Positions 1 through 9,436 of a stretch of 32,000 bases of DNA are shown in pieces. Source of the stretch: Candidatus Saccharimonadota bacterium (GTDB taxonomy: Bacteria; Bacteroidota; Bacteroidia; Flavobacteriales; Blattabacteriaceae); NCBI GenBank assembly GCA_029851085.1, contig CP100318.1:180001-212000 (forward strand), read 5' to 3'. Each line of letters opens with the position of its first letter. Position 1 is the stretch's first letter. A model generated the notes under the pieces. It made no database searches, was not told the DNA's origin, and saw nothing but the letters and a program-made list of their open reading frames with translations. The position numbers were made by a program, and so were the translations under genes.

Positions 1-2931
1 TGCACCAGTAGGACATGCTTTAGAACATGCTGTATTAAATTCTCCATCTTTAATTATTCTATTTTCTTTTTTTGCTTTTAATATTGTTTCTTGTGTCATT
101 TGTATACACATTGAACATTTTTCCATTACTCCTCTTGTACGTATTACTACATCTGGATTTAAAACCATCTTACCTAAATCATTATTCATATGAAAATCAA
201 ATTTTTTATTTTCTACATAATTAAACCAATTAAAACGTCTAACTTTATATGGACAATTATTTGCACAGTACCGAGTACCTACACATCTATTATATGTCAT
301 CATATTTTGACCTTGTTTTCCATGTGATGTAGCTGCTACTGGACAAACAGTTTCACATGGAGCATTATTACAATGTTGACACATAATTGGTTGAAAACGA
401 ATTTTAGGATTATTTTCAGGTTTTAGTAAATAATTATAAATTTTAGGTTCAGAAATATTTTTTTTATGCAAAGTTTTAAAACTTTCTTTAGTAGAATAAT
501 ATCTATCAATACGTAACCAATACATATCACGAGAATTTCTAATTTCATTTTTACCAACTACAGGAACGTTATTTTCAACATTACAAGCTATTACACAAGT
601 TCCACACCCAATACATGCATTTAAATCAATAGAAATATTAAAATGATGACCTGTATTATTATCATTTTCTTTCCATAAAGAAATTTTTTCTAAAGGTAAT
701 TCACCTTTTGAAGAAGTAATTTTTTCTTCTTTATTCCATTTTTCTTTTGTAAAATTTAAAAAAGTATTTAAATCAGTTTCTTTAGCTATTATATCATCTC
801 TACCTACCATAGTATTTTGCAATTGTATACTAGCAAATTCATGAATTCCTTCAGTTTTTTTTATTATTACGTTATAATGTATTAAATTAAAATTTTTGTA
901 AATTAAATATGCATTAATTCCACTACTATGTGTTGCAACTTTACCTTTGGTATGTCCATATCCTAAAGAGAGACCAACTGATCCTTCTGCTTGTCCAGGT
1001 TGAATAAATATTGGAATATTTATTATTTTTAATCCATTAACAATAATATCAACATAGTTACTATTAATTGCTCCAGTAGCAGTATTCCAGTTTTTTATAC
1101 CTAATTTTTGTGCATCTTTTAATGATATTGTTAAATAATTATCCCAAGATATACGTGTAATAGGATCTGGTAATTCTTGTAACCAAGGATTATTAGCTTG
1201 TGTACCATCTCCTATACTAGTTTTAGTATATAATCTTAATTCAAAATTGTCTATATTATTGTCTATATTATTAATAATAGAATTTAAATAATTTTTATTA
1301 TAATAACATTTATTGGTATGAATTTCATTGGTATGAATAAAACCATTAAAAAGAGCTATATTAAATGATTTTATATTTGATTTAGATAAAATATTTTTTT
1401 CCCAAAAATTTCTTAAATAATCATAATAATTGTTTATATAATTATTATTATAATATTTATATCCTACTGATATATCAGCTGGATTATTGGTATTATTAGC
1501 TGGATTATTGGTATTATTAGCTGGATTATTGGTATTATTAGCTGGATTATTAATAGAATGAATTTTATTTTTCCATATAATCAAAGAATTTTGAAATTGT
1601 CTAGTATTAAATAAAGATTGTATAGTAGGTTGTATAAGTGTATATATTCCTGTCATAGGATGGGTATCTCCCCAACTTTCTAACCAATGAGGTATAGGTG
1701 CAAAAACTTTTATTAATTTAGATGTTTCATCTTCCTTCATAGCAAAAGAAATACTTAAATCAAGTTTTTTTAAATAATTTTCTAATTTTAGAATACTAGG
1801 AAAACTGTATACAGGATTTACATTATAAAGTAATAAAGCTCCAACATTTCCTATTTTAAGGTCATTAATAAATTGATTAAAAATAATATTATTACTTTCT
1901 TTAGAAAAAAGAAATTTTTTATATGATAAAGCTTTGCTTTTAATTTTTAAATTAATAATTAATGATAAAGCATAAATTTCTTTACTACCATCAGCTAATA
2001 CTACAGCATCAGATCCTTTATTTTTAATTTCTGAAGCAATATTATTAGCAATTTTATTTTGTGAGTTTTTTCCATTAAGTATATGAAATACTTCTATTAA
2101 AATTTTTTTTATTTCTGATGGTTTAAGAGAAATACGTGTATCAGCATTAGCTCCAGATAAACTCATATTACTTTCAATTTGTATATGACGCATCATATTA
2201 ATTCCTGGTTTTCTATTTGTTGCATAATCTTTTTGCATATTTTGAGGACTCCAATCTCCTAAAAAATCAGCATCAAAGGATACAATTAATTTAATTTTAT
2301 TTATTTCATAAAAAGGTATTGCACGAATACCCAGAATTTCTTTGGTAGCATCTAATATTGAGGAATAAGAAAATGCATCATATATTACAAGTTGAGTGTT
2401 TTTATAAACTTTTGAAAAATCATTAATTAATTGTTTAGTTGAAGGACTAGGCAATGATGAAGATAAAATTATTATTTTTTTTCCATTTTGTGAAATATAT
2501 TTAAGACGTTTAATTACATATTCATCTATATCATTCCATGATACTTTTTTATTATTAATATAAGGATCTTTTAATCGTTCGTCGTCATAAAGTGAAAGCA
2601 AAGAAGCTTGTATTCTAGCAGAAGTAATATTAAAATATTTTGACATCATATTTGATTCTATTTTAATAGGTCTACCTTCACGAGTTTTAATTAAAACACT
2701 ACATAAATCAAATCCATCAAACATAGTAGTAGCATAATATGTAGGAATACCTGGAATAATTCTTTCAGGTTTTATTACATATGGAATAGAACGAATAACC
2801 GGTCCTTTACATGCACTTAAAGTAACTGCAGCTGTTGTAAATCCCATAATTTTTAGAAAATCACGACGTGATATTTTTTGATTAAAAAAAGATGATAATT
2901 GATTTTTAAATTCATCTTTAGATTTATTCAT
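1..2931 (-). CDS. actB: Alternative complex III subunit ActB (Tat-exported molybdopterin-oxidoreductase-like domain fused to a 4Fe-4S ferredoxin domain). The C-terminus runs off the window start.
   Basis: It is absent from the ORF track because no stop lies inside the window. Manual reverse translation from the ATG (cat at 2929-2931) gives MNKSKDEFKNQLSSFFNQKISRRDFLKIMGFTTAAVTLSAC..., with a twin-arginine signal SRRDFLK. Every stretch I translated by hand (N-terminus, about 2581-2640, and 1-1554) is open in this frame, which runs exactly 977 codons to position 1. The C-terminal part carries ferredoxin Cys clusters (CIGCGTCVIACNVENN, CQHCNNAPCETVCPV, CSKACPTGA). It lies directly downstream of multihaem actA, the canonical ACIII order. 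Confidence 0.8.
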   Translation of the reverse strand, partial: MNKSKDEFKNQLSSFFNQKISRRDFLKIMGFTTAAVTLSACKGPVIRSIPYVIKPERIIPGIPTYYATTMFDGFDLCSVLIKTREGRPIKIESNMMSKYFNITSARIQASLLSLYDDERLKDPYINNKKVSWNDIDEYVIKRLKYISQNGKKIIILSSSLPSPSTKQLINDFSKVYKNTQLVIYDAFSYSSILDATKEILGIRAIPFYEINKIKLIVSFDADFLGDWSPQNMQKDYATNRKPGINMMRHIQIESNMSLSGANADTRISLKPSEIKKILIEVFHILNGKNSQNKIANNIASEIKNKGSDAVVLADGSKEIYALSLIINLKIKSKALSYKKFLFSKESNNIIFNQFINDLKIGNVGALLLYNVNPVYSFPSILKLENYLKKLDLSISFAMKEDETSKLIKVFAPIPHWLESWGDTHPMTGIYTLIQPTIQSLFNTRQFQNSLIIWKNKIHSINNPANNTNNPANNTNNPANNTNNPADISVGYKYYNNNYINNYYDYLRNFWEKNILSKSNIKSFNIALFNGFIHTNEIHTNKCYYNKNYLNSIINNIDNNIDNFELRLYTKTSIGDGTQANNPWLQELPDPITRISWDNYLTISLKDAQKLGIKNWNTATGAINSNYVDIIVNGLKIINIPIFIQPGQAEGSVGLSLGYGHTKGKVATHSSGINAYLIYKNFNLIHYNVIIKKTEGIHEFASIQLQNTMVGRDDIIAKETDLNTFLNFTKEKWNKEEKITSSKGELPLEKISLWKENDNNTGHHFNISIDLNACIGCGTCVIACNVENNVPVVGKNEIRNSRDMYWLRIDRYYSTKESFKTLHKKNISEPKIYNYLLKPENNPKIRFQPIMCQHCNNAPCETVCPVAATSHGKQGQNMMTYNRCVGTRYCANNCPYKVRRFNWFNYVENKKFDFHMNNDLGKMVLNPDVVIRTRGVMEKCSMCIQMTQETILKAKKENRIIKDGEFNTACSKACPTGA
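1478..1553 (-). repeat. In-frame 21-bp tandem repeat (3.6 copies) inside actB, encoding (NNTNNPA)n
   Basis: The unit gctggattattggtattatta occurs at 1478-1498, 1499-1519 and 1520-1540, with a partial copy at 1541-1553. Manual translation in the actB frame gives ...INNPANNTNNPANNTNNPANNTNNPADIS... Confidence 0.9.
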
Positions 2932-2944
2932 TTTATTATATTTA

Positions 2945-4297
2945 TTAATAATGACATTTTGCACAATCAATACCGCCTATAGAACTAATAGTATTATGTT
3001 TTTTTATTAATTTTTTATAATAATTAATATTATATGTATTATTAATTATTTCTATAGTTTTATGACATGAAATACACCATTTCATTGTAAAATTATTAGC
3101 CATAAAAATTTCATCCATTTTTTCTACTTCACCATGACAAGCTTTACAGACCATATCTACATTTTTATGTTTTTTAATAATTTTTTCTCCTATAATAACA
3201 TGTTGAGAATGATCAAAATAAACAAAATCTGGCATATTATGAATACGAATCCATTGTATAGGTTCAATATTATTATAATATTCTCTAGTTTTTGGATTCC
3301 ACCCTATAGCTTTATATATTTTTTGAATTTCTTTAGTATAAAATTCTTTATTTTTACCTTTAGCAATATAATTACCATTATATTGAGTAATTGTATTATG
3401 ACAATTCATACATAAATTAACAGAAGGAATACCTGCAACTTTTCCATATTTTGCACTAGAATGACAATATTTACAATCAATTTTATTAATTCCCGTATGA
3501 ATTTTATGAGAAAAATGAATAGGTTGTTTAGGTTTATAACCTGTATTAACATCAATATTCATTAAAAAATTTAATATTGAATAAATAGATAATAATATTA
3601 TTATACATATAGAAACATATCTAATATATGTTATTTTTATAATGTTTAAAAACAAAATATATAGATATTTATATATAATAAACAAATAATTAAATAATTG
3701 TATTAAATAATTAAATAATTGTATTATTATATTTTTAGGTGATTTTTTATATGTAAATAAATAATAAATTGTTTGTATTTTTACAAAAATAAAAAATACA
3801 ATTATTATTAATAATATAAATTCGATTATTATAATTTTTGGAAAAAAATTTTTATCACTTTTATAATTATTATCTGTAATAACAGATTCAGATTTTTTTA
3901 TTTTTGGATTAGAATTTGTTTCTATAAACAAAAGAATATCATTGATATCTTGATTAGATAATTGTGGAAATACATTCATTTCTATTTTATTATATTTTTC
4001 ATAAATAGCTATAGCATCTTTATCACCACTTTTTATCAGAGATTTATTATCTTTAATCCATTTTTTTAACCAATTTAAATTTTTAATTTTAGTAATTCCA
4101 GCTAGAGCAGGTCCAATTAATTCTTTATTTAAATTTATTGAATGACAAGCTGTACAATGTTTTTTGAAAAGTTTTTTACCATTTTCATAATTTCCTATAA
4201 TTTCTTCAGAAAAAATATTATTGGATATAAAAAAGATTATGATAATAATTAATAATTGATTATTTATTTTATAAATGATATTTTTATAGATATTCAC
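2945..4297 (-). CDS. actA: Alternative complex III multihaem cytochrome c subunit ActA (cytochrome c3 family) with an N-terminal class-I cytochrome c domain
   Basis: 450-aa ORF with six CxxCH haem motifs (CTACH, CKYCH, CMNCH, CKACH, CISCH, CAKCH). It has an N-terminal signal/anchor and hydrophobic segments between the monohaem and pentahaem parts. It sits immediately upstream of actB on the same strand. Confidence 0.8.
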   Translation of the reverse strand: MNIYKNIIYKINNQLLIIIIIFFISNNIFSEEIIGNYENGKKLFKKHCTACHSINLNKELIGPALAGITKIKNLNWLKKWIKDNKSLIKSGDKDAIAIYEKYNKIEMNVFPQLSNQDINDILLFIETNSNPKIKKSESVITDNNYKSDKNFFPKIIIIEFILLIIIVFFIFVKIQTIYYLFTYKKSPKNIIIQLFNYLIQLFNYLFIIYKYLYILFLNIIKITYIRYVSICIIILLSIYSILNFLMNIDVNTGYKPKQPIHFSHKIHTGINKIDCKYCHSSAKYGKVAGIPSVNLCMNCHNTITQYNGNYIAKGKNKEFYTKEIQKIYKAIGWNPKTREYYNNIEPIQWIRIHNMPDFVYFDHSQHVIIGEKIIKKHKNVDMVCKACHGEVEKMDEIFMANNFTMKWCISCHKTIEIINNTYNINYYKKLIKKHNTISSIGGIDCAKCHY

Positions 4298-4394
4298 ATT
4301 AATAATGTATTAAAACTTATTAAGTTAAATTTTAATCTAAAAAAATTATTAATAATAATACGTTGTTTTTTTTTAATTTTAAATTAAATTTTTT

Positions 4395-4979
4395 ATGGAA
4401 GTAATAAAATCTTTTATTGCTTGTTTCATGATATTATTTAGCATAATCGATATTGTAGGAAATGCTCCCATTATAATGAGTTTTAAATCTTCAGGTAATA
4501 TCATAAATACTAAAAAAGTAATATTTGTTTCTTTTTGTATTTTTTTATCTTTTTTATTATTTGGAAATAATATTTTAACAATTATAGGAATTGATGTATG
4601 TTCTTTTTCAGTAGCTGGATCTATTGTTTTATTTTTTATTGCTGTAGAAATGATTTTAGGTATTGAATTACACAAAATAACTAAAAGTTCTCAAATATCT
4701 ATAGTTCCTATAGCATTTCCATTAATAGCTGGACCTGGATCTATAACAACTTTAATTTCATTACGAAATATATATGATATAAAAATAATATTAATTTCTT
4801 TATTATTAAATATAATAATAGTTTATTTGGTCTTGGAACAATCTGATTTTATAGAAAAAAAAATAGGTGAAAGTGGATTAGATTTATTAAAAAGAATTTT
4901 TGGAATTATTTTATTAGCATTTTCTTTAAAACTTTTTGGAGATAATATTTGTGAATTAATAAAACATAAAATAGTATAA
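4395..4979 (+). CDS. MarC-family (UPF0056) integral membrane protein
   Basis: 194-aa polytopic membrane ORF. It has the family-typical motifs NAPIIMSF near the N-terminus and IVPIAFPLIAGPGSITT in the middle. Confidence 0.7.
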   Translation: MEVIKSFIACFMILFSIIDIVGNAPIIMSFKSSGNIINTKKVIFVSFCIFLSFLLFGNNILTIIGIDVCSFSVAGSIVLFFIAVEMILGIELHKITKSSQISIVPIAFPLIAGPGSITTLISLRNIYDIKIILISLLLNIIIVYLVLEQSDFIEKKIGESGLDLLKRIFGIILLAFSLKLFGDNICELIKHKIV

Positions 4980-4983
4980 AATT

Positions 4984-5292
4984 TTATTTTAATTTATCTA
5001 GTATAGATAATAAATTTATTATACATTGATTAATTATACTAAATCTAGGAATTTTATTATCAATATAAATAAGTATAATACTTTTATATTTAAATAATAA
5101 TTTTTTAATAAAATTATTATTACATAATAATGATGCTTTTATTAATCTTTTAATTCGATTTCTAGATACTGCTTTTTTTAAATTTAATTTTGAAACAGAT
5201 ATTTTTATAAAATTTTTTTTATCAATAATATAATTATTATTATAATTGTATTTTATTATAAATTTGATATTATTTATAATTATATATTTCAT
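4984..5292 (-). CDS. rnpA: Ribonuclease P protein component
   Basis: 102-aa basic protein carrying the RnpA signature KKAVSRNRIKRLIKASL (the RNR-motif region). Confidence 0.7.
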   Translation of the reverse strand: MKYIIINNIKFIIKYNYNNNYIIDKKNFIKISVSKLNLKKAVSRNRIKRLIKASLLCNNNFIKKLLFKYKSIILIYIDNKIPRFSIINQCIINLLSILDKLK

Positions 5293-5333
5293 TAGATTTA
5301 ATCTAAAATATTTAAAATTTAATAAATTTTAAT

Positions 5334-6599
5334 TTGAAAATAAAAGTTTATAAATTTGGAGGTGCATCGGTGAAAGATGCTAAAAATATTAAGAATATTA
5401 GTAATATATTACAAATATATGGTAATAATAATAATATATTAATAGTAATATCAGCTATTGATAAAACTACTAATGCATTAGAAGAAGTAGTAAAAAAATA
5501 TTTTTTAAAAAAAAATATAGATTATGATCTTAATAAGATTAAAGAAAAACATTTTAATATAAACAATGATTTATTTCCTAATGGACATAATATTTATTAT
5601 TATATAAATAATTTATTTTTTAATATAAAACAATTTTTTAAAGAAAATAAATCTACAAATTATAATTTTGTATATGATCAAATAGTAAGTTTTGGAGAAT
5701 TAATTTCTACAAAAATAATTAGTGAATATTTTAATTTAATAGGTATTAAAAATATATGGATTGATGTACGTAAATATATTATAACAGATAGTTCATATGG
5801 TGAAGCAAAAATAAATTGGCAAAAAACGTTTAAATATATTACAATTTTAAATTCAAAAAAAAATATATTATATATAACTCAAGGTTTTATAGGTGGTTCT
5901 GATTCTAATTATACTACAACTTTAGGTAGAGAAGGATCAGATTATACGGCTTCAATATTTTCTTATTGTTTAAATGCTGAAAGTCAAACTATTTGGAAAG
6001 ATGTTCCAGGTATATTAAATGCAGATCCCCGTTATTTTACAAATGTATCATTATTAAATAAAATTTCTTATGAAGAAGCAATAAAATTAGCTTATTATGG
6101 TGCTACAGTAATTCATCCAAAAACTTTAGAACCTTTATTAAAAAAAGATATACCTCTTTATATACGTTCTTTTATAAATCATGAAAAAACTGGAACTTTA
6201 GTGAGTAATTTTACTTACTTAATTAAACCATCTTTACCCTGTTATATTGTTAAAAACAATCAAATTTTACTTACTTTTTTTAAAAAAAAGTATTATTCAT
6301 TTTTTTCAGAACAAGATATTAGTAATATACTGAAATATATAGCTAAATATTTTTTAAAAATAGGATTATTGCATAATTCAGTAGTTGATTTAAATATTTG
6401 TATTAATGATACATATCATATAAATGATATAATTAAAAAACTTAGCTTAAAATATAAGATACAAATACTTGAAAAAGTATCATTATATACAGTATATCAT
6501 TATACTAATAATAATTGTCTTGAAGAATTTGTAAAAAATAAAATAATTATTTTATCTAAAATTACTTTAGAAACTGCCCAATATATTATTAAAGATTAA
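5334..6599 (+). CDS. lysC: Aspartate kinase
   Basis: 421 aa with a TTG start. The N-terminus KVYKFGGASVKDAKNI is the amino-acid kinase fold, LGREGSDYTAS is the aspartokinase signature, and the C-terminal half is ACT-like. Confidence 0.85.
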   Translation: MKIKVYKFGGASVKDAKNIKNISNILQIYGNNNNILIVISAIDKTTNALEEVVKKYFLKKNIDYDLNKIKEKHFNINNDLFPNGHNIYYYINNLFFNIKQFFKENKSTNYNFVYDQIVSFGELISTKIISEYFNLIGIKNIWIDVRKYIITDSSYGEAKINWQKTFKYITILNSKKNILYITQGFIGGSDSNYTTTLGREGSDYTASIFSYCLNAESQTIWKDVPGILNADPRYFTNVSLLNKISYEEAIKLAYYGATVIHPKTLEPLLKKDIPLYIRSFINHEKTGTLVSNFTYLIKPSLPCYIVKNNQILLTFFKKKYYSFFSEQDISNILKYIAKYFLKIGLLHNSVVDLNICINDTYHINDIIKKLSLKYKIQILEKVSLYTVYHYTNNNCLEEFVKNKIIILSKITLETAQYIIKD

Positions 6600-6960
6600 T
6601 TGATTTTTTTATCTAAAATTAATTTAATTTTTTATCTAAAATTATTTTTTTATCTAAATTAATTGATTTTTTTATCTAAAAAAATTTTTTATCTAAAATT
6701 ATTTTTTTATCTAAATTAATTGATTTTTTTATCTAAAAAAATTTTTTATCTAAAATTATTTTTTTTTTATCTAAATTAATTGATTTTTTTATCTAAAATT
6801 AATTTAATTTTTTATCTAAAATTATTTTTTTTTTATCTAAATTAATTGATTTTTTTATCTAAAATTAATTGATTTTTTTATCTAAAATTAATTGATTTTT
6901 TTATCTAAAATTACTTGATTTTTTTATCTAAAATTACTTGATTTTTTTATCTAAAATTAC
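6598..6960. repeat. Hierarchical AT-rich tandem array (about 17 copies of the core ttatctaaa[a/t]t) filling the lysC-metE spacer
   Basis: By direct reading, about 60-bp super-units (aattgatttttttatctaaaattaatttaattttttatctaaaattatttttttatctaaatt and variants) occur about 4 times. They are followed by 23-bp units: aattgatttttttatctaaaatt x3, then acttgatttttttatctaaaatt twice plus a terminal partial copy. The array starts on the lysC stop codon. Confidence 0.9.
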
Positions 6961-7080
6961 TGTATTATCTCAAAGAACTTGAGAAACTTCCAAATATAAA
7001 AGATTAATTGATTTTATCTAAAATTAGTAAAAAAAAAACTTATTATTATTTATTAGTAAAAAAAATTTTTTTAAAAATAA

Positions 7081-9354
7081 ATGTTAAAACATAATTTAGG
7101 TTATCCTCGTTTTGGAATTAAACGCCAATTGAAAAAGGCATCTGAGAAATATTGGTCAGGAAAAATAGAACAAGATGTACTTTTTAAAGTTGCAAAAGAA
7201 TTACGATATGAACATTGGAAAATTCAAGAAAATTATGGATTAGATTTAATTCCTTGTAATGATTTTAGTTTTTATGATCATGTTTTAGATATGTCTTTTT
7301 TATTAGGAGTGATACCTGAACGTTATGATCCTTTATGGAATGCTTCAAAAAATAATATTGATCTTTATTTTGCTATGGCAAGAGGATATCAAAAAGATAA
7401 TTTAGATATTACTGCCATGGAAATGACTAAATGGTTTGATACTAATTACCATTATATTGTACCTGAATTTATTTATAATCAAAAATTTGAGATTTTTTGT
7501 ACAAAAATTTTTGATGAATTTACTGAAGCTAAACAAAATTTATCAAAAGAACCTAAACCTGTATTAATAGGCCCTATATCTTATCTTTTATTAGGTAAAG
7601 AAAAAGAATCCAATTTTAATAGAATAGATTTAATTAAAAATTTAATTCCTATTTATATAGAAATACTTCTTAAGCTTAAAAATGCTGGAGCAAAATGGAT
7701 TCAATTAGATGAACCATTTTTAATTTTTGATTTGTCTGAAAAAGAAAAAAAAGCTTTTATATATGCTTATAAAGAAATTTTTAAACAATGTGGAGAATTA
7801 AATATTTTATTAACTACTTATTTTGAATGTATTGATCATAATATTTCATTATTAATTGATTTACCTTTTAAAGCTTTGCATATTGATTTAATTAAATCTT
7901 CTGATAAATTAAATATTTTTCTAAAAAATTTTAAAAATATTTTATCATTAGGTATAATTGACGGTCGTAATATTTGGAAAAATAATTATACTAAATCTAT
8001 AAAACAGATTAAAAAATCTATTGATGTATTAGGAGATGAACGTATTATGATAGCCCCAAATTGTTCTCTTATGCATATACCTTTTGATATAAGTATTGAA
8101 AATGATATTCCTATTGAAATTAAAGAAAATATTGCTTTTGCCAAACAAAAATTAGAAGAACTTGATGATTTATATCAGATAATTAATGGAAATAATAATT
8201 TATTAGAAAAAAATAAAAAAATATTAAAGAATAAATCTAATTTTATTCATAATAAATTAGTTAAACAACGTGTTTCTTCAATTAAAGAAGAAGATATGCA
8301 TCGTAAAAATCCATTTAATATCAGAAAAAAATTGCAAGATAAAAATTTAAATTTACCATTATTTCCAACTACTACTATTGGATCATTTCCTCAAACTTTA
8401 GAATTAAGACAAATTAGATCAAAATTCAAAAAAGGTTTATTAACTAGAGAAGAATATAATAAATATATAGAAAATAATATAATAAAAGTTATTAAATGTC
8501 AAGAATCTATTGGATTAGATGTATTAGTACATGGAGAATTTGAACGTAATGATATGGTTGAATATTTTAGTGAATATTTAAATGGTTTTATTTCTACTAA
8601 AAATGGTTGGGTACAAAGTTATGGAAGTCGTTATGTTAAACCTCCTATTATTTATGGTGATGTATTTCGTACACAAAATATAACCGTTAATTGGAGTAAA
8701 TTTGCTAGTTCTAATACTAATAAACCTATGAAAGGAATGTTAACTGGTCCAATTACTATGTTGCAATGGTCATTTGTACGTGATGATCAACCACGTTCTA
8801 TTACTGCACAACAAATAGCATTAGCTATAAGAGATGAAGTAGAAGCTTTAGAAAAAGCTGGAATTAAAATTATTCAAATTGATGAACCAGCTATTCGAGA
8901 AGGATTACCATTAAATAAAAAAGATTGGAATAATTATTTATCTTGGGCTATTAAAGCATTTAAAATTTCATCTTGTGGTGTAAAAGATGAAACTCAAATT
9001 CATACTCATATGTGTTATAGTGAATTTAATGATATTATAGATCATATTGTTAATATGGATGTTGATGTAATAACTATAGAAACATCACGTTCTCAAATGA
9101 AACTTTTAAAAGCTTTTAAAAAATTTAAGTATCCTAATGGAATAGGACCTGGAGTATATGATATTCATTCTACTAGAATACCTAGCAGAGAAGAAATATT
9201 TTCTTTAATTAAAGAATTAAGACTCTATTTACCTATAGAAAATATTTGGATAAATCCTGATTGTGGTCTAAAAACACGTAAATGGAATGAAACAATTCAA
9301 TCACTAAAAAATATGGTAGAAGCAGCTAAATTAGCACGAATTTCAATAATTTAA
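7081..9354 (+). CDS. metE: Cobalamin-independent methionine synthase (5-methyltetrahydropteroyltriglutamate-homocysteine S-methyltransferase)
   Basis: 757 aa. It has the characteristic N-terminus LGYPRFGIKRQLKKA.EKYW, the duplicated Meth_synt domains, and the C-terminal zinc-site region HTHMCYSEF...NPDCGLKTR. Confidence 0.95.
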   Translation: MLKHNLGYPRFGIKRQLKKASEKYWSGKIEQDVLFKVAKELRYEHWKIQENYGLDLIPCNDFSFYDHVLDMSFLLGVIPERYDPLWNASKNNIDLYFAMARGYQKDNLDITAMEMTKWFDTNYHYIVPEFIYNQKFEIFCTKIFDEFTEAKQNLSKEPKPVLIGPISYLLLGKEKESNFNRIDLIKNLIPIYIEILLKLKNAGAKWIQLDEPFLIFDLSEKEKKAFIYAYKEIFKQCGELNILLTTYFECIDHNISLLIDLPFKALHIDLIKSSDKLNIFLKNFKNILSLGIIDGRNIWKNNYTKSIKQIKKSIDVLGDERIMIAPNCSLMHIPFDISIENDIPIEIKENIAFAKQKLEELDDLYQIINGNNNLLEKNKKILKNKSNFIHNKLVKQRVSSIKEEDMHRKNPFNIRKKLQDKNLNLPLFPTTTIGSFPQTLELRQIRSKFKKGLLTREEYNKYIENNIIKVIKCQESIGLDVLVHGEFERNDMVEYFSEYLNGFISTKNGWVQSYGSRYVKPPIIYGDVFRTQNITVNWSKFASSNTNKPMKGMLTGPITMLQWSFVRDDQPRSITAQQIALAIRDEVEALEKAGIKIIQIDEPAIREGLPLNKKDWNNYLSWAIKAFKISSCGVKDETQIHTHMCYSEFNDIIDHIVNMDVDVITIETSRSQMKLLKAFKKFKYPNGIGPGVYDIHSTRIPSREEIFSLIKELRLYLPIENIWINPDCGLKTRKWNETIQSLKNMVEAAKLARISII

Positions 9355-9426
9355 AGAATTAAGCAATTTATTTGGATAAATCCTGCACTAAAAAATATGG
9401 TAGAAGCAGCTAAATTAGCACGAATT
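9353..9426 (+). pseudogene. Collapsed, out-of-frame second copy of the last ~130 nt of metE (gene-end duplication remnant)
   Basis: There are three exact matches to metE coding sequence. aaagaattaag at 9211-9221 equals 9353-9363. tatttggataaatcctg at 9243-9259 equals 9369-9385. The 41-mer cactaaaaaatatggtagaagcagctaaattagcacgaatt at 9302-9342 equals 9386-9426. Confidence 0.85.
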
Positions 9427-9436
9427 AAATAATTTT

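Noticed and set aside
3134-3415. Short ORFs antisense to or overlapping strong genes: 3134-3415 +, 4379-4675 -, 15372-15755 -, 18235-18423 +, 19210-19554 +, 22143-22406 +
   Set aside because: All lie inside confidently identified genes on the opposite strand (actA, marC-family, groEL, mutS, clpX). Their translations are low-complexity with no recognisable motifs.
6598-6960. Possible CRISPR array (regularly spaced repeats), also considered for 14089-14290
   Set aside because: There are no unique spacers between the repeats. The units are 8-24 bp and contiguous, the higher-order structure is itself repeated, and no cas genes are present. These are tandem arrays, not CRISPR.
6961-7080. Riboswitch (SAM or cobalamin) upstream of metE, including the small hairpin tctcaa-agaac-ttgaga at 6968-6984
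   Set aside because: The leader is almost pure A/T, with no conserved GC-containing riboswitch core (no B12-box-like or SAM-I-like junction sequences). The hairpin lies inside the degenerate copy of the lysC 3' end and is not followed by a T-run.
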